This document shows, piece by piece, positions 42,246 through 58,224 of a DNA stretch of 64,000 bases (positions are counted from its first letter, which is position 1; each line of letters begins with the position of its first letter). A model generated the notes under the pieces. That model did no database searches. It was not told the DNA's origin and worked only from the letters and a program-made list of their open reading frames with translations. The stretch comes from the human T2T-CHM13v2.0 reference genome, Homo sapiens, in the NCBI RefSeq assembly GCF_009914755.1, contig NC_060928.1; one strand, 5' to 3'. A program made the position numbers and the translations under genes.

Positions 42246-44416
42246 ATCGAATCTTAAAATCTGTATCAATTCTTAAAGAGCTTAAAATCAGCCCCCAACT
42301 CTTGCCCTTCTGAGAAGACAAACATAAGACAGCTATACTGCATGCAATCAATTTAATGTAATGATTGCAAACATATTTTGAAAGAGTAGAAAATAAACCA
42401 ATGTAATTTGAAAGACACTTTGAGAAGCAAAATTATTTTTGTTGTATTTTATGTGTTATATGAGGGGGCCGGCAAAAAGGAATTCTATCTTCTTTTAAAA
42501 GAATCAAGCACTCATCTAATGTATATATGTATTTGATTATTGGTGACAAAGTACAGCAACACAATTCCAAAAAACATTTAAAATTTGATAATAGAGCGTT
42601 CTAAAAGCTAAAATGCATAGACAACTTTTATATATATCATGTCATTATTTTTATGTATAAGTCATAAACAGAATACTCTCCTTTCCAAAAAATTTAATAT
42701 AGGGAGAAAAACCTGTGTTCTTTACTATTATAAGGAATCATCTTTATGTCTACAGTGTTTCTTCCAGGCCATTGTGAAATTTCATTGAGCAATTATTCTG
42801 AGACAGACATATTTCCAAGAATATTATATTATTTAACCTTAAATAATTTTGCCATTGTTTGTACCTTGCCTTCATATGGGGAAAAAGGAGTTTTACTCCA
42901 TTAGGTACACTTCTAAATGATGTTCCAGAAATACACCAAACAAGCAAATTATTTGCATGGATTGGTCCAGTTGAGAAAATATGCTGCTCCTGCAGCCTCC
43001 TTGTCTTCTCTTAGCTCCCACACTGGAAGATGGTGAAAGATCCCAGTGCTGCTTATAGACTCCTCAGAGGAAGTCTTTGCAAATGTAGAGGGCACTTTTC
43101 CCAACTCTCTCTAGCATCTAGAAATGTCATGCTTACCTCTGATAATTATGACATATGAACCAGTAAAGATTTTTTTTTGCACTTAAATATACCCCAGACT
43201 TTCTCTTGTTGGTTTTATTGATTAATTAATTTAGAAAACCTCAACATAAAATATTTTACCTATGATTCCTGGATTTTATTAACAAAATCACTAGAAAAAT
43301 TTTAAAAAATGTATCAAGATTTCCATAGTTCAAATAATTTTTAGGTATTAAGTACCTAATGGCCATTTTTTTTTCCAAGTTAGTGCATTTGAGTAATGGG
43401 TGTGTGTGCATGTGTGTGTACATATCCATGCACATTCTAATGTCTCTAGCATGAATTTCTATGTCATACTATTTATAACTGGAACTTGGCTGGCATTTAG
43501 GAAACCGTTGATTTACTTTTGCATGTCAAGTATGGAAATACAGCTTTTCCCTCACACAATGACTAATGAGCCTGTCAGCAGAATGGTGTTTTACAGGATT
43601 TTATGTAACAAAGGACTAGTGGCTACTTTTTATTTTGTACTCAGAGCAACCGAAAGCAGCAAACAGAACCAAAATGTCAAGTGTAATCTGTCATGACTCA
43701 ATTACATGTGACCGGAAACAGAAAAGGAAAGAAATGTATTATTAGATAAATCTAAAAGAGCCATTAGATAATGAAAAGATTTTATTTCTCATATGCATTA
43801 TTTGTCATCAATAAACAAATATATCTAGTCAATTTCCCTAAACCATAATTATGATACATATAAATACTATAATATTCTCCATCTGCTCGTCTTTGATTGT
43901 GGTAAGCAGGTAGAATATCTTTAAATCTGTCACTAATTCCTTCCAATCAGATAGCAACAGGAAAGATTAGTCAACACTCATTACAGGAAACATCTAAGAT
44001 GTGTAGCTTCAACATCATTTGTCAATAAAATGTGAAGAATCAAAATCATTACAATTTCCTAGAGTCAGTAGTAGCAATTTCAGATAAAAAAAAATCATCT
44101 ATGCAGACATCTGAGAAGAAATTGAACGTACAAATCTCAGTGGATATTTTCATGTTGAGTTGGAATCCAAGCATCATAAAATATCCCACTAGGACATGTT
44201 GGACTGTAATATTTCCAAAGCTGAAACAGAATCCAATCAAGCAAGAGTGTGCTTATGGAAGGTTTTGACAAGATTTCTTCCAAGGGCAACCCCCAGCATG
44301 AAATAGAAGTTTTCTCACAGCAAGATTCATCTGTGATGCACTTTTAACATTGAGGCAGTCACTTGTCAAGTACTGCAGAATTGGTGGAGGCTTCTGAGGA
44401 CTAGATCTGTATTCTG

Positions 44417-44510
44417 CAATAGCCACACATGGCTATTTAAGTGTAATTTTAAATTAACTAAAATGAAATAAAAATATAAAATGTAGTTCCTCAGTCATAC
44501 TAACCACTTC
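44417..44510. mobile_element. MER3/MER33-like hAT fragment
   Basis: tagccacacatggctatttaa...aaaatgtagttcctcagtcatactaaccac. Confidence 0.65.
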
Positions 44511-44571
44511 AGTTCATTTTGCTCTCTAAGGATCCAAAACGGTGAATACCTGAAGGTAAAAACTACACAGA

Positions 44572-44982
<411 letters not shown>

Positions 44983-45004
44983 CTAAACCCTTGTATTCCA
45001 TTAC

Positions 45005-45307
45005 TTTTATTTTTTTTTTCTTTTTTGAGACTAAGTCTCGCTCTTGTCCCCAGGCTGGAGTGCAGTGGCGTGATTTCGGCTCACTGCAAACATGCTTCCC
45101 GGGTTCAAGTGATTCTCCTGCCTCACCTCCCCGAGTAGCTGGGATTACAGGCACGCACCACCACACCCAGCTAATTTTTGTATTTTTAGTAGAGACGGGG
45201 TTTCATCATGTTGGCCAGGCTGGTCTCAAACTCCTAACCTCAGGTGATCTGCTTACCTTGGCCTCCCAAAGTGTTGGGATTACAGGCGTGAGCCACCGTG
45301 CCCAGCC
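45005..45307 (-). mobile_element. AluSx/Sz-like
   Basis: Full antisense dimer. Confidence 0.92.
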
Positions 45308-45684
45308 TAATTTTACTTATTAATCATTTTATAAGCTAAACTTATTTTCCTCAACTGGCCAGCCTTCTGGCTGGTTCATAGAGCTTCTTTCCTACTTCAT
45401 TTTTCTTCTCTTGCTCCACATTGGTCACACTAGTCTTCCTATTCTCTTCAAATACTCAAAGTACATTCTAAGTACTAGCTAATTTCTCTCTTAGTGCCTA
45501 GAAATGCTATTTCCACAGAAACGTGACTCACACCTTGAAACATTCCAACTTCTGTATAATTATTATTTTCTGATAACTTTGCTGACTTTAGAATCTTAAG
45601 ATATCCTTGTAGTGCTTTGAATTTTTTCTTCAAAGCTGAAATAATATTATACATTTATGTAATCACCATCATCACCATTATCAC

Positions 45685-45900
45685 CACCATCATATCACTA
45701 ACACATATTGGGTATTTATTATGTCTCAAAGATGGATTCAAGAACTTTACCTATATTAAAACATCCTTATATAGGCTTATTATGTTATGTCTTTTTTCCA
45801 TATTGTACAGATAACTAAAACATGGATGAGAAAGGATAGATATCTGTCCTTCACTCAACTATAGTGGTGCCTGGGTTTGAATGCTGGCAGTCTGGCAGGT
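45685..45900 (-). mobile_element. MIR
   Basis: atttattatgtc...ccatattgtacagataactaaaac...ctgggtttgaatgctggcagtctgg. Confidence 0.6.
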
Positions 45901-46456
45901 CCATGATACCAGTTACTATTTTTGTTTAATTGGCTATCTCCACTTTCACGAGAAAAGGATATCTATTTTAAGCAATACTGTTATCTCTGACACCTAGATC
46001 ACCATTTATCACATAGAGTCCACTTAATAAACACTTGCTAAATTAGTGAAAGAACAAAATAATCAATCGATTGATTTTTAAAAATATTATAAATATAAAA
46101 ATTAAACAATAAAGTTCCCTGGTTTTCAATGTGCCCATATCTTTCTTACTTTTAATTTTTTTCCTTTTAATTAACAGAAGGACTCCACTGAGATCAAAAT
46201 GTGAGACAAAGTTCAATAACTGTCAGTGTTTTATCCAAACTTCCAGCTCTTTTGTCTAGAGAAGTTTCACAACTCCTTTCTGGCAAAAGGTTGTGAGTAA
46301 GCTGTATCTGTTGTGCTCTCTAAGGTTAATGTCCATAGGAAGATTCTATCATGCAAAGGCACAAAAAGATTTCACATCAGGAGAACATTATAGAACAGAG
46401 AGCTTAGTGAGTATCAGGTTTCGTGGCACGTAATTTAAGAATTTATGAGAAAGATA

Positions 46457-46889
46457 GTGTTTCACTCAGATGGGCTAAGTAACAAATAACCCCAAAGCTT
46501 AGTAATTGGAAATGACAGAGTTTATATGTTGCTCTTGCTATTAGTCCATCAAGGACTCTGGAGGATGTTATGTGTCCATAATGTTCCTGTTACACTCTTC
46601 ATCAAGGGCTCACCTCAGCACTCAGGGACTGCGCCAGGGTGCCGAAGCGGCCCCCGTGTCTCATGTTATCAGTTGACATGACAGAGAGAAAACTGAGAGT
46701 TCTACAAGGTTTACCACCAACAACTGGAGACATGACCTAGAAGGGACACACATGACTAACACTCATGACTTATCCAAAGCTAGTCACTTGGCCCTACACA
46801 CCCACAAGAGTGCTAGGAGCTGTGATTCTGTAAGTGTCCAGAGGGCAGACCTTCAGAAATATTTCTGAAGTTCACTACTGCCTATCACA
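46457..46889 (-). mobile_element. Old MLT1 (J/K/L-like) MaLR LTR
   Basis: aagtaacaaataaccccaaagcttagt...ccaaagctagtcacttggcc...ctatcaca. Confidence 0.6.
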
Positions 46890-47405
46890 GAGAGAAAGAA
46901 AACACAAAGATTGAATATGTAGGCTGGGCATTCTAAGAAAAGTACAAGCCCAGTATTCCACAAGGGAGGTGTAGTTACAGGGGATCCTGGGGAGAAACAT
47001 TACTAACAAGCCATCAAAAAAGACACATCTGATATTTGTTTCATTTGGAAAGTTCTGTGTTTACAACCATAAAGAAAAGTTCATGTTCGATAGCATGATT
47101 CAATAGACACATTTGATAAAAAGACACCCTCACCGTATCTCTCTTACAGAATCATAAAAGGGGGCTTGAGGTTTCATTTATTCAGACTGAGTGTTGTCGT
47201 GTGTGTCATAATTTCAGAGACTGTATTCAGTCCATGATTTCCAGTGATGGAAATGTTCTAACTACGATTCCTAGTTTCTTCTGTGTTCCTAACACCTAAC
47301 CTAAATCACATGGGTTAATTCAATTTCCTCCTGTTCCACAGCCAAAAGAAATGCAGAACTGCTAGTTCCCATAATCACTCTTCATATGCTTTAAGAATAA
47401 TTCTA

Positions 47406-47545
<140 letters not shown>

Positions 47546-48110
47546 GAATAATTTTAAAAAATACCTCCATCTACTCACCCCCATCCTCAGCCAGCAACTA
47601 AATCATTTTTTTGTACTACATGTTCAAATCTTGTTTACCAGATGATTAGCCATTTTAATATATCTTCTCTGGATTTTTTCCAGGTTCTTTTCATCCTTCA
47701 GGAAATATGAATTCTGCACCTGCATTTGAGGCACGATGACTCAATAATTTCATGGTGGCAAAAACTAAATAACAGTGTCCTCGTTAATATCACCTCGACT
47801 CATAATAGTTCTAGCAATATCTTTTAGCACTCATGTTTGTATCAGACAGTCTTCTGAATACCAACATCTTTTTTTGCCATGTTTTAAATTTTTTTTAAAC
47901 CTCTCTTGTTCTTATTATCCTCTACAATTACAGGCTGAAAGAGAATTTTCTGGGTCTAAGGAAACTTCTGTTCTCCCTCCCTTAACACTCTATAAAACCA
48001 CCATCATTCTTTCCTTAATCTTCCTTGCACAGTATTCGCCATTCAGTTCAACCTTCACTAACATCTCAGTGAGGGTAAAGGTGAACTTAGTAAAAGACTG
48101 GGATGTCTAA

Positions 48111-48521
<411 letters not shown>

Positions 48522-51500
48522 CGCCCTTGCTTTTTAATCATTAAACCCTTGCTCTAATTCTGTTTGCATTACTGACTTTTAAAAATTACCAAAGCAATTA
48601 TATTCTATAATTCCTTCATTTAAGTGTTTTACATATTTTGATCACACTGTTTTAGATTCCTGGAAAGGAAACCCACTCGAACCAGTAACTTTGAAAGAGG
48701 CATATTGCAGAATCCAGGCCTCACAAGAATCCAGGCAAAACTCTCCAAGCACAAGGAATTGGCAGTTCCAGGGCACTCTTTCATCCATCTCTTTCTTTCT
48801 TCTCTCCATTGGTGACTCATCCCTCATGCTTATTGCTGTAACTTTTCTATCCTTACAAAGTGTATGGGTTTTATGTTGCTGCCATTGCTATTGTGTTTGT
48901 TTCTTGGTAAGTTATCTCGCAGATTATTTAGAATAACCATCCCAACCTCAAAATTTAAGTATCCCAGGCCTATCTCTTAATGTTACTGCAAAAGTTTTGC
49001 AACTCGTTTGTCAGATTATGTTGATCAGGCTTATTTTTTAATAAGCCCAGCCACATAGCATACATATTTCCTGATTTGGTATAACACGTGTAGACCTGAT
49101 CCAATTATCTATTGCTATTGTGTAGAGAAAAATAGAATATGTGAATCATAAAATGTTCATTTTATGGATTTGCCTTGATGGGTAAATGCAAATAGATCTT
49201 AGACAAATAAATTGTATTAACATGCAAGTGTATAAGATGTCTGGTGATATGAAAAGAGAAACAATAAAATATAGACAATGATTGCCTAAAATAATATTAG
49301 TCTTACTTTTATCTTAATCAAGATAATTGTAATTTCCTGGATCTCTGTGTATAAAAACAATAAAACTGGTGGGTGATAATAATAATTTTATACCTGGAAA
49401 GCAAGACATATCTAGGAGGAACTGAGAAGTTTAAAAGTCTTAGCCAGTATTCACACTGGCATGCTCATATGACCTGAAAGAAAGTGCTTTGCAGCAGGTA
49501 ATTCAAAGGCAATGCTACAGATTGTGTATAATGTCCTAGAATTTAGAGTCGCAATAAAAAAATCAGCCTAACTAACCTCAAACTCAACTATCAATTCTGA
49601 GTGAAACACTGTCAAATGCCTAGTGACCTAATGTGATTAGTAGTCCTTCCGGACGGCTTGGTTTTAGGGTTTCTGATTAGCACAAAATATCACAAGAGGC
49701 AGCTTGTGATAAAAGACTCATTGGTCTTTTAAAACTTTTATTTATATGATATTAAACACAATTTTTTAAATCAAAATCCAATAGTCTGTAAACAAACAAC
49801 AGAGGAGCTATTCTTGCATATTTATGTAATGCCTTCTATGACACATACATGGTGGTTGTTTGATTGTATAAAAACAGAAATCACTCTAATATTTTATATT
49901 ATAGTATTTGAAAGACCATCTTAGTGATGAATGAAACTGCATGTAACAGGCAGTCAGTAAAAATATGTAGTGAAAATAAACATTGATAATATAATTTTGA
50001 CTTACCTTCTCCATAAACATTAAAGACTCAATTATGATTCTGCAGTAACTACTATCTCAACAATGTACAAAGTCTGTCACAAAACCACAATTATGCCATG
50101 ATCATTTATGCCTTAATGTTGAATTCAAAGCAGTTACACTAACCTTATTAAAACAAAAAAGCATACTAATATTTCTCTTACTATAATAATAAAAAAGGTG
50201 ACTTGTCATAACAAGATTAATATTGTACCAAGGATAATAATAATATGTGTGAACTCTTCTAACACATATATAAAATTCACACCTAGTCTATGTAATTATT
50301 AAGTGCTATTTGCTCTAATTATTATTGTTTTTCATTCATATTCCTGAGTTTCTCTTTAGTATTTTGTTTACATTTGAATTTTCAAATTAAATTGTGTTTA
50401 TAATAAATGGATACCAATCTAACACTATAAAGTTAAAGACTTTGACACATTATATTCCATTATCTGGTTTTGGAAAAAAAGGTTATATATATGTATATTT
50501 CAAGTATGTATATATGTATATTATATATGTTTATATATGTGTGTGTGTATGTATGTGTGTATTTCTAAAGAAACTATTTGGAAAACCTACATCATATTTG
50601 TTTTTCCATTTTAAAAATATTTTACTTTGAAAGGTTGACTTCTTTTGATGATCCTTTATGACAGCCTTTTATTACTTTCCAGAATTTACAGCTTGTCTCA
50701 CACTGCTCACTAGAAGCTGAACTTTCAGTAATGCCAGTTCACTCTTATTTGAAATGTTGGTAGTTGTGATCCTTGTTTGTCAAAATACTGTTTTAAAATA
50801 TGACAGTCATTATATCATCCACATTTCTTAAGTCTGTTGGTGGCTTTGATTTAAAGACTAGATTATTTGTTTGACCAGTGATTTGTGAGCAAATTGAATT
50901 CAAGTTCATATACACAGAAAGCCTTGTGGCACTAAATCATTATCAGGAGACTTTTCCATTTGATGTATGTACTCAAAATTAGATGAAGATAATTTTCTGC
51001 AACTTAAACGTGGAACTCAAAAATTCCTGTCAAGATAAAATGGAAACTTATCATCCATTTGCTTGTATATTTTTAAGAAGAACAAGGCAATTAATTTAGA
51101 CATTTTCTTCCTCAAATTACAATGAAGGTCTGATGCAAGACTAAACTGCATCCTAGAATCAGCAATGTTATTACCTTTAGAGACGATATCTTTGAACATA
51201 GAGCTTTATGGACGTCAACAATTCTGGGAAAACGTACATTTAAACACATGTCTTTGATTTTAAAAAGTATTATGCAGTAGCTACAAAATAATATTTCCTA
51301 AACGCACAGTATTAAAGTATCATGCTATGGCAGTAGTTCGACAACTCTATATGTCAATTGATGTCCCCAAATATGTGCATGGCCATGTATCTTGTTTGTC
51401 TTTGTTCAAAAAATTTCCATAAAATTGCTCTTATTTCTCGTTCTCTAGAACGTGTGTTGAAATATGAATGTACTGTACTTGCACATGTTGCTTGATGCAT

Positions 51501-54439
51501 TTTCAAAATATTATCTCTCAGAGAATTGAGTGAAATATTCTAACACAACAAGATTTGTTGGTATTTTTATTCACTGAGACAAGAAATACAAACCGTCTGA
51601 GGAAGACTCATTTTAGCCTTTACTAAATCACCGCCACAGTGTTGAACATCGGTGAAAATGGTTTAACCTGCCTCTCATGTGCTGGTTTCCTGTGATGTTC
51701 AGCTCCCATCACCTGTGACCTGATAAGATCTCATCGGCAGTCCATAATCTCCGGCTTGGGCAAGACTTTTAATCTGTGCAGCGCATAGTAACTTCTCCAC
51801 CTACAGGCCTGACATGTTTCACTATGGCAGCATGAAAATCAGTTTATTTATGTTGAATGCATGACATCTGACAGCACTTCCCCACTATATAAGTGCCTAA
51901 CAGTTTATCAAATGTCACGTTTGAAGTTATGTCAATAATCCCTGTCTGTGCCTGATGCTTCTGCAACTGTGAATGACCTGATCTTTTAAAATATCATCTT
52001 GCATACTGCTATTAGACAGTAGTACTTTTAGCTTTTTACTTTTAAATAAAAATCTATGCCTCTTGACTACAGCTGCCTATCCTTTGGAAATGATATTTTT
52101 TCAATTACTGTAGTAATTCTCAGTATAAAATATACATCTAGAGAATACACAGAGTTTGTTGGATTAAATATGAGTTTTAATTCTTCACATTTTAAAAAAT
52201 CCCTCAGACATCTGGTTTAGCAAGATCTAAGAAAAAAAAACATTTTGCTGTCTATCATTTGCCATCTTTGTGATTCTGCAGAGTTTAAAATTTAGTTTGA
52301 TTGCATTGGACTTTTTTATCACTGAACTTCTTATTCAAAAAGAAAAAAGAAAAATAAAGAATTAGAGAAGGGACATGTAGCAAAGAACGAAATGAAAGGA
52401 AAGGCTTATTTATTATTGTCTTTATGTGATATTACTCAAATTGGCTAGATTTGTCTTTGACACAGAGCAATAAAACTGTGATGGTAGTTCAGCACAGCTA
52501 CAAACGCCAGCTTCAATTCCTGAGTGACAATTCTCCAACCCAAAAGGAAAATGGAGAATACAAGAGTGATTCCAGTAGGTTATGCGACATGTCAACTGTA
52601 ATAGGACATAAGAGAGCAATACCTCAGTGATGCTCTGAATGACTCACTTACTCTTCTTGGTACTGATAGCTAGCTCTGATCAAATGGTATTTATTACGGA
52701 TGTTATGATTAGATGGAATTGCTTAAATGGGAACACTCTCACCAGAAATGAATACGAATAGAGAAACCAGCCATGAAATACTTGTTACATATTTTTACAT
52801 CATTTATTTGGATTCCAAGTACAAGAGTTCCTCTTTGAAGCAGCATTACCTTAAGCCAAAGCAGATTTCTAGAGGGGTCTCCTCCCTTTCCAGGAAATTT
52901 GGCTTACTGTGGTTGAGAGAGCCCATGGGCCCAAGGTTCTGCTTGTGGTAACAGGCAAGGGTAGTTGTGCATTCTGGCTGATGGTAATGACTGAAATGTC
53001 ACCATGCATAAAGTAAAGACCTTGTACTGCCAAGAAGATCTGATGTAAAGAATGATACCAAAGAGAGTGATGCCTTAGTGTCATCTGTTACTCAGAATAA
53101 GACATGAAGATATCTGTGCCATAAAACAAACTTGTGTAAATATGCACTTCAGCCACAGTGAAAGAAAACCACAGTCCCATATATTAAGCTTGCTCACTCT
53201 GACATGATAGCTCTGGATTGGCCTTGTTGCCTCAGCAATTCCTGGCTAGTAGAGAGGTATCTGACCGACCAGGAAAATTGATCCAGGGAGGGCTATACTG
53301 TTGCTCCCTTGTCTCTGGAGGCAGCCATGGTCATCCTATGGTGACATGAAGGTTTGGCATGCTATTAGTCTCCTCTTTGTTCTCTTTCAGTTTCTCAAGG
53401 GCCTATGACTCTTTAAAGTGGTAGACAATGTTCGATTATAACAGCCAGTTGAGATTTGAGAACAATCGCACGTTCTTTAGTATAATTATGTGTACTCATA
53501 TTGCCATTTAGTACCGCAGTGATGTTCACCAGCTCTAGCTGTGCTTAACTCTGAGAGGTTTACCTGGCCATCACTTTCCCTACATACCCTACACACCTCT
53601 GTTCCAACCCCGTGAAGTTTGTCCAAAAAAGTAGATATATTTCCCTGATTTCTCTGGATGTGTCAACTGGGATAGTCATTTCACCTTGCCTTTTCCCCAG
53701 AGCTTTTTTCTAAAGCAAAATAGTGAAAAAGGTAGAACTAACCTGGAGTGAGGGCTGTTGAAACAACTCGACTCATGCCTACCAGTTTTCGACTTAGCCA
53801 TATACTTGCTTAGTGGACCTATACCATTCCCGCCATGGTAGAATATTTCAGACCCCGACGAATTCCAGGTGTGAAATAAGAGAAAAGTTGTTAGTATACA
53901 TGTCCAAGGATTATTTTGTCATATAAATGTATTATTTATCTTCTCACCATAAACTTCCCTTAAAAATAGAGAGGAACAGTATTAAGTGTTGAAGACAGCA
54001 TGTATTTTGTTGTAAAGCTTTTCTCTTCTCTACTTTCTTTTTTTCCAATTCTGTTTCTACAGGGATTTTATCATATATTTTTACTCACCTTTTAAAACAA
54101 ATGCAGTGAATCTCTGTTATTCATGAACAACCTAATAGATGATTTAATCTAACATTTGATACCACTGGATCCTGGTCCTTAAGAAACATTCCAGCTTTCT
54201 CTACCCAAACTCCGTCTTTCTTGCAGTCGCTCCCAGAAGTCTGAAGAAGCTGTTAAACTCAGAACATCAGGGAATGGGGCCAATTTGGTATTCTAAGCAA
54301 ATTAAGTTATATCTGTCACACATTTATTTTGTAACGACTTCTCCACTGCACTGCCTTTCCTCTCAATCTGTACTATACTCTATGCTCTCCTCTACTTTAT
54401 AACTTGTATTTTCCCCCCAAGCAAAAAGCTCATTTCCTA

Positions 54440-55100
54440 CCTTCTCTTTCTATTTAAGATTCTTGAAAGGATCATGTTATGTTCAGTATCTCCACTTCCC
54501 ATTTTCACATTTCCTATTTTCTCAACCCAGGGTAACCTGGTTGTCAACCCCACCATATTAATTACATTAAAGTCACTAACATTATCCTAAATTCTTATTT
54601 TTTTTAGTCTCGCCACCACAAACTACTTCTTAAAATGTACTTAGTGGACATCCATTTTTTTCTCAATCCTCTTACCCTGATCTTTCATCCCATCAATTAA
54701 ATCCTGAAGAGCCCTGTTATTACATTTTACCTATTTCTCCTTTTTTATGTTATTCTTTGGTTATCTAATTTTCCCTAAAATATGCATTTTTTTCATTATT
54801 TTCCTACCAAATTTGAAAATGAAGAGGACTTTCTGTGCCACAAACCAGGCTTGAAACCTGGGAACCATTCTTGATAATTTTCCCTCTGTTATTCAAAATT
54901 AATCAATCCTGTGTTCATATTTATCTTACTTTCTAAATATCACATGTATACTTCTTCTTGCCGCACAATAGTAACTCCTTTAGTACAGAGATTTATTATT
55001 TCTCACTCTCTATTCTATTGTTATAGCCTCCTAATTAGTATTCCAAGTTCCTATAGTGTTTTTCCTCAAACCATTGTCTACATAAAAACTATGTTTTTGT
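54440..55100 (+). mobile_element. Degraded L2
   Basis: Pyrimidine-rich L2-like text (gaaacctgggaaccattcttga; ttatagcctcctaattagt). Confidence 0.5.
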
Positions 55101-55432
55101 GACCTCAACAGCACTGTAGCAATACTCAAATTGTGCTTTAAAAATATCTTGCTTTGCATCAGAATGACATAAAGTGTATTTTAATAAAGCAGACAGTTCG
55201 GCCCCAGTTAAAAATCTCTGGAGGAGGGGCATACTGAGAATTTGGATTTTAAAAAATGCACACTACAGATTGATACCTAAGTAATGTTATTACTTTCTCC
55301 ACTTTAAGGCAATTGTCCTATAGAGTGATACATCCTCCATGATCTGTACACTCTGTTCATTGAACTGTAGAGAAAGTAAAATATTAGAATATTAATTCAT
55401 ATTGATATTTTATGTATAAGAATGACAATATA

Positions 55433-55780
<348 letters not shown>

Positions 55781-55915
55781 TTAACCCAATAATCAAAACA
55801 AACATCTACACTTGGCTTATTTCAGATGGGGACATATCATAGATAACACGGGTAGTGGTACTCTCACTCTAAATTTCCTTAGCAGATTTCAATAGATCAA
55901 TAAAGAAGATAAGTG

Positions 55916-56225
55916 GGCCGGGTGTGGTGGCTCATGCCTGTAATCCCAGCGCTTTGGAAAGCTGAGGAGAGTGGATCACCTGAAGCCAGGAGGTGGAGAC
56001 TAGCCTGAGCAACATGGTGAAATCCTGTCTCTACTAAAAATACAAAAATTAGCCAGACATGGTGGTGGGCACCTGTAATCCTAGCTATGCGGGAGGTTGA
56101 GACAGGAGAATCGCTTGAGCCAGGGAGGTGGTGGGAGGTTATAGTGAGCCTAGATCATGCCATTGCACTCCAGCCTGGGCAATAAGAGCAAAACTCCATC
56201 CCCCCGCCGCCCCCCCCCCCAAAAA
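55916..56225 (+). mobile_element. AluS/J with C-rich tail
   Basis: Full dimer ending ctccatcccccgccgccccccccccc-aaaaaa. Confidence 0.88.
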
Positions 56226-56506
56226 AGATATATGAATTGCATTTTCAAATTTAGCCCAACTATTTCATCATAAAATAGTAAAATAGTCAAATGACCTAAT
56301 AATCTTGATTACACAAGAATGACAAATTAAAGATCAATAATGTGAGTGCAATTGGATGTAAATTGTTTTAAAATTAGTTATTTCTCAACATATTATAACA
56401 TAAAGATAATACCAATATAAGAAGACCTGAAAGAAAGCCTGCCAAAATATTAAATATTACAAAAAAAATTTCTCTTTAAATGTAGATTTAAATATTTTTC
56501 ATTGTT

Positions 56507-56801
56507 GGCCAGGCGCGGTGGCTCACGCCTGTAATCCCAGCACTTTGGGAGGCCGAGGTGGGTGGATCACGAGGTCAGGAGATCGAGACCATCCTGGCTA
56601 ACACGGTGAAACCCCGTTTCTACTAAAAATACAGAAAAAAAAATTAGCTGGGCACGGTGGTGGGCACCTGTGGTCCCAGCTGCTCGGGAGGCTGAGGCAG
56701 GAGAATGGCGTGACCCCGGGAGACGGAGCTTGCAGTGAGCAGAGATATATCGCCATTGCACTCCAGCCTGGGGACAGAGCGAGACTCCGTCTCAAAAAAA
56801 A
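56507..56801 (+). mobile_element. AluY
   Basis: gagatcgagaccatcctggctaacacggtg. Confidence 0.92.
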
Positions 56802-57875
56802 ATTTTTTTTCATTTGTTAAGGGTGAACATTGTTAAGTGCACACATACCATTCCTTAAGGTCTAAGTTAATGTTGATATGAAGGGATCATGCTGTGCATG
56901 CCCATTATAAACCAAATGTCTAAAACACAAAAACATTTTAGAATACAAAATGTTTTGTAAAGAAATATATTACATAATAGATTTATCTAAATATCCCATT
57001 TGTCTTTATATTTTTATTCTAAGTTGTTAATCCCTTTTGAAATAAACACCATCTTCACCTTGTATTAGCAGAGCCATACATGCAGTTATTAATAAATAAT
57101 AGAGCGGTACTGGGTGTGTGTGTTCAAAGTTTTATTGATATTAACATGTATTGAAAATATTTGCAGACCATTGCTTTAGTTTTGTGACATTAAAAACCCT
57201 CTTAGTTTGATTTCTTAAATTGAACTAACCTCAATTTACTTTTGATGACAAAGTTAACTTATTATAAATACTTTTTGATCCACTTTCTTATAGAGATTGA
57301 GTCAGGCATGAGTTCTTTTGAATTTTAATTTAAAGATGTCAACAATATCATCACTTTCTAAATCAAGGTGCTCCATTTTTAATTAACAATATTAAAAAAC
57401 TTTATTTTTTTTTCTGGTTACCATAAATTCTCAAATGAGAGGAATAATGTTAAAAACTTTATAAAGGCCTACACCTCCAGTTCATTGAGATTCAGGACAA
57501 TTCACTCTTTGATTAAGTATAGATAAGCCTGACACCTATGTAGGATCACATTAATTATCATCTAACAGGAGAAGTGACTTTTACTAAACTGAAGTTTGCG
57601 TGATACCATCAGCCTATGTTAAATGACATTAAAAGAAACATGTGATTCTGGTGACTCCAGGGATATTTTTGAGAATATTTTCCACTGCTATTCACAGTCT
57701 ATTCTGCTAAGGTCCACAGGCAACATTTCTCTCCGGTATCAGTATTAGGAATAGTGGTGTTTGTTTTGAAACACCTTCCTTACACTTCCTTACAGTTTGT
57801 TTTGAAACACTACTATTTGTTTCGAAACATCATCAGTTGAATTAATTTCATTCAATTCAGATATACTTTTTATTA

Positions 57876-58224
57876 CATATGGTTCCCAACTTACAATGGT
57901 TCTATCTAAACAATTTTTTGACTTTCTGCTGTTGTGAAAGTGATTCATATTCAGTAGAAGCAGACATCAAGTTTTCATACAACCTTTCTGTTTTTCACCT
58001 TTAGAACAGTAGTCAATGAATTACATGAGACCCTCAACACTTTATTATAAAATAGGCTTTGTGTTACATGATTTTACCCAACTATGTGCGAATATAAGTT
58101 TTCTGAGCACATTTGAGATACACTAGGCTAAGCTGTGATGGTGAGTAGGTTAGACGTATTAATTGCATTTTCAATTTCTGATTGATTTATCAAGACAACC
58201 CTATCTTAAGTTGAGGAGCAACTG
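57876..58224 (-). mobile_element. MER47A-like Tigger MITE
   Basis: Degenerate TIRs catatggttcccaacttacaatgg and atcttaagttgaggagcaactg, with internal actttattataaaataggctttgtgtta. Confidence 0.85.

Noticed and set aside
52626-52680. Possible box C/D snoRNA (gtgatgc...ctga)
   Set aside because: Box C is imperfect, the span is short, there is no convincing terminal stem, and I recognise no rRNA antisense element.
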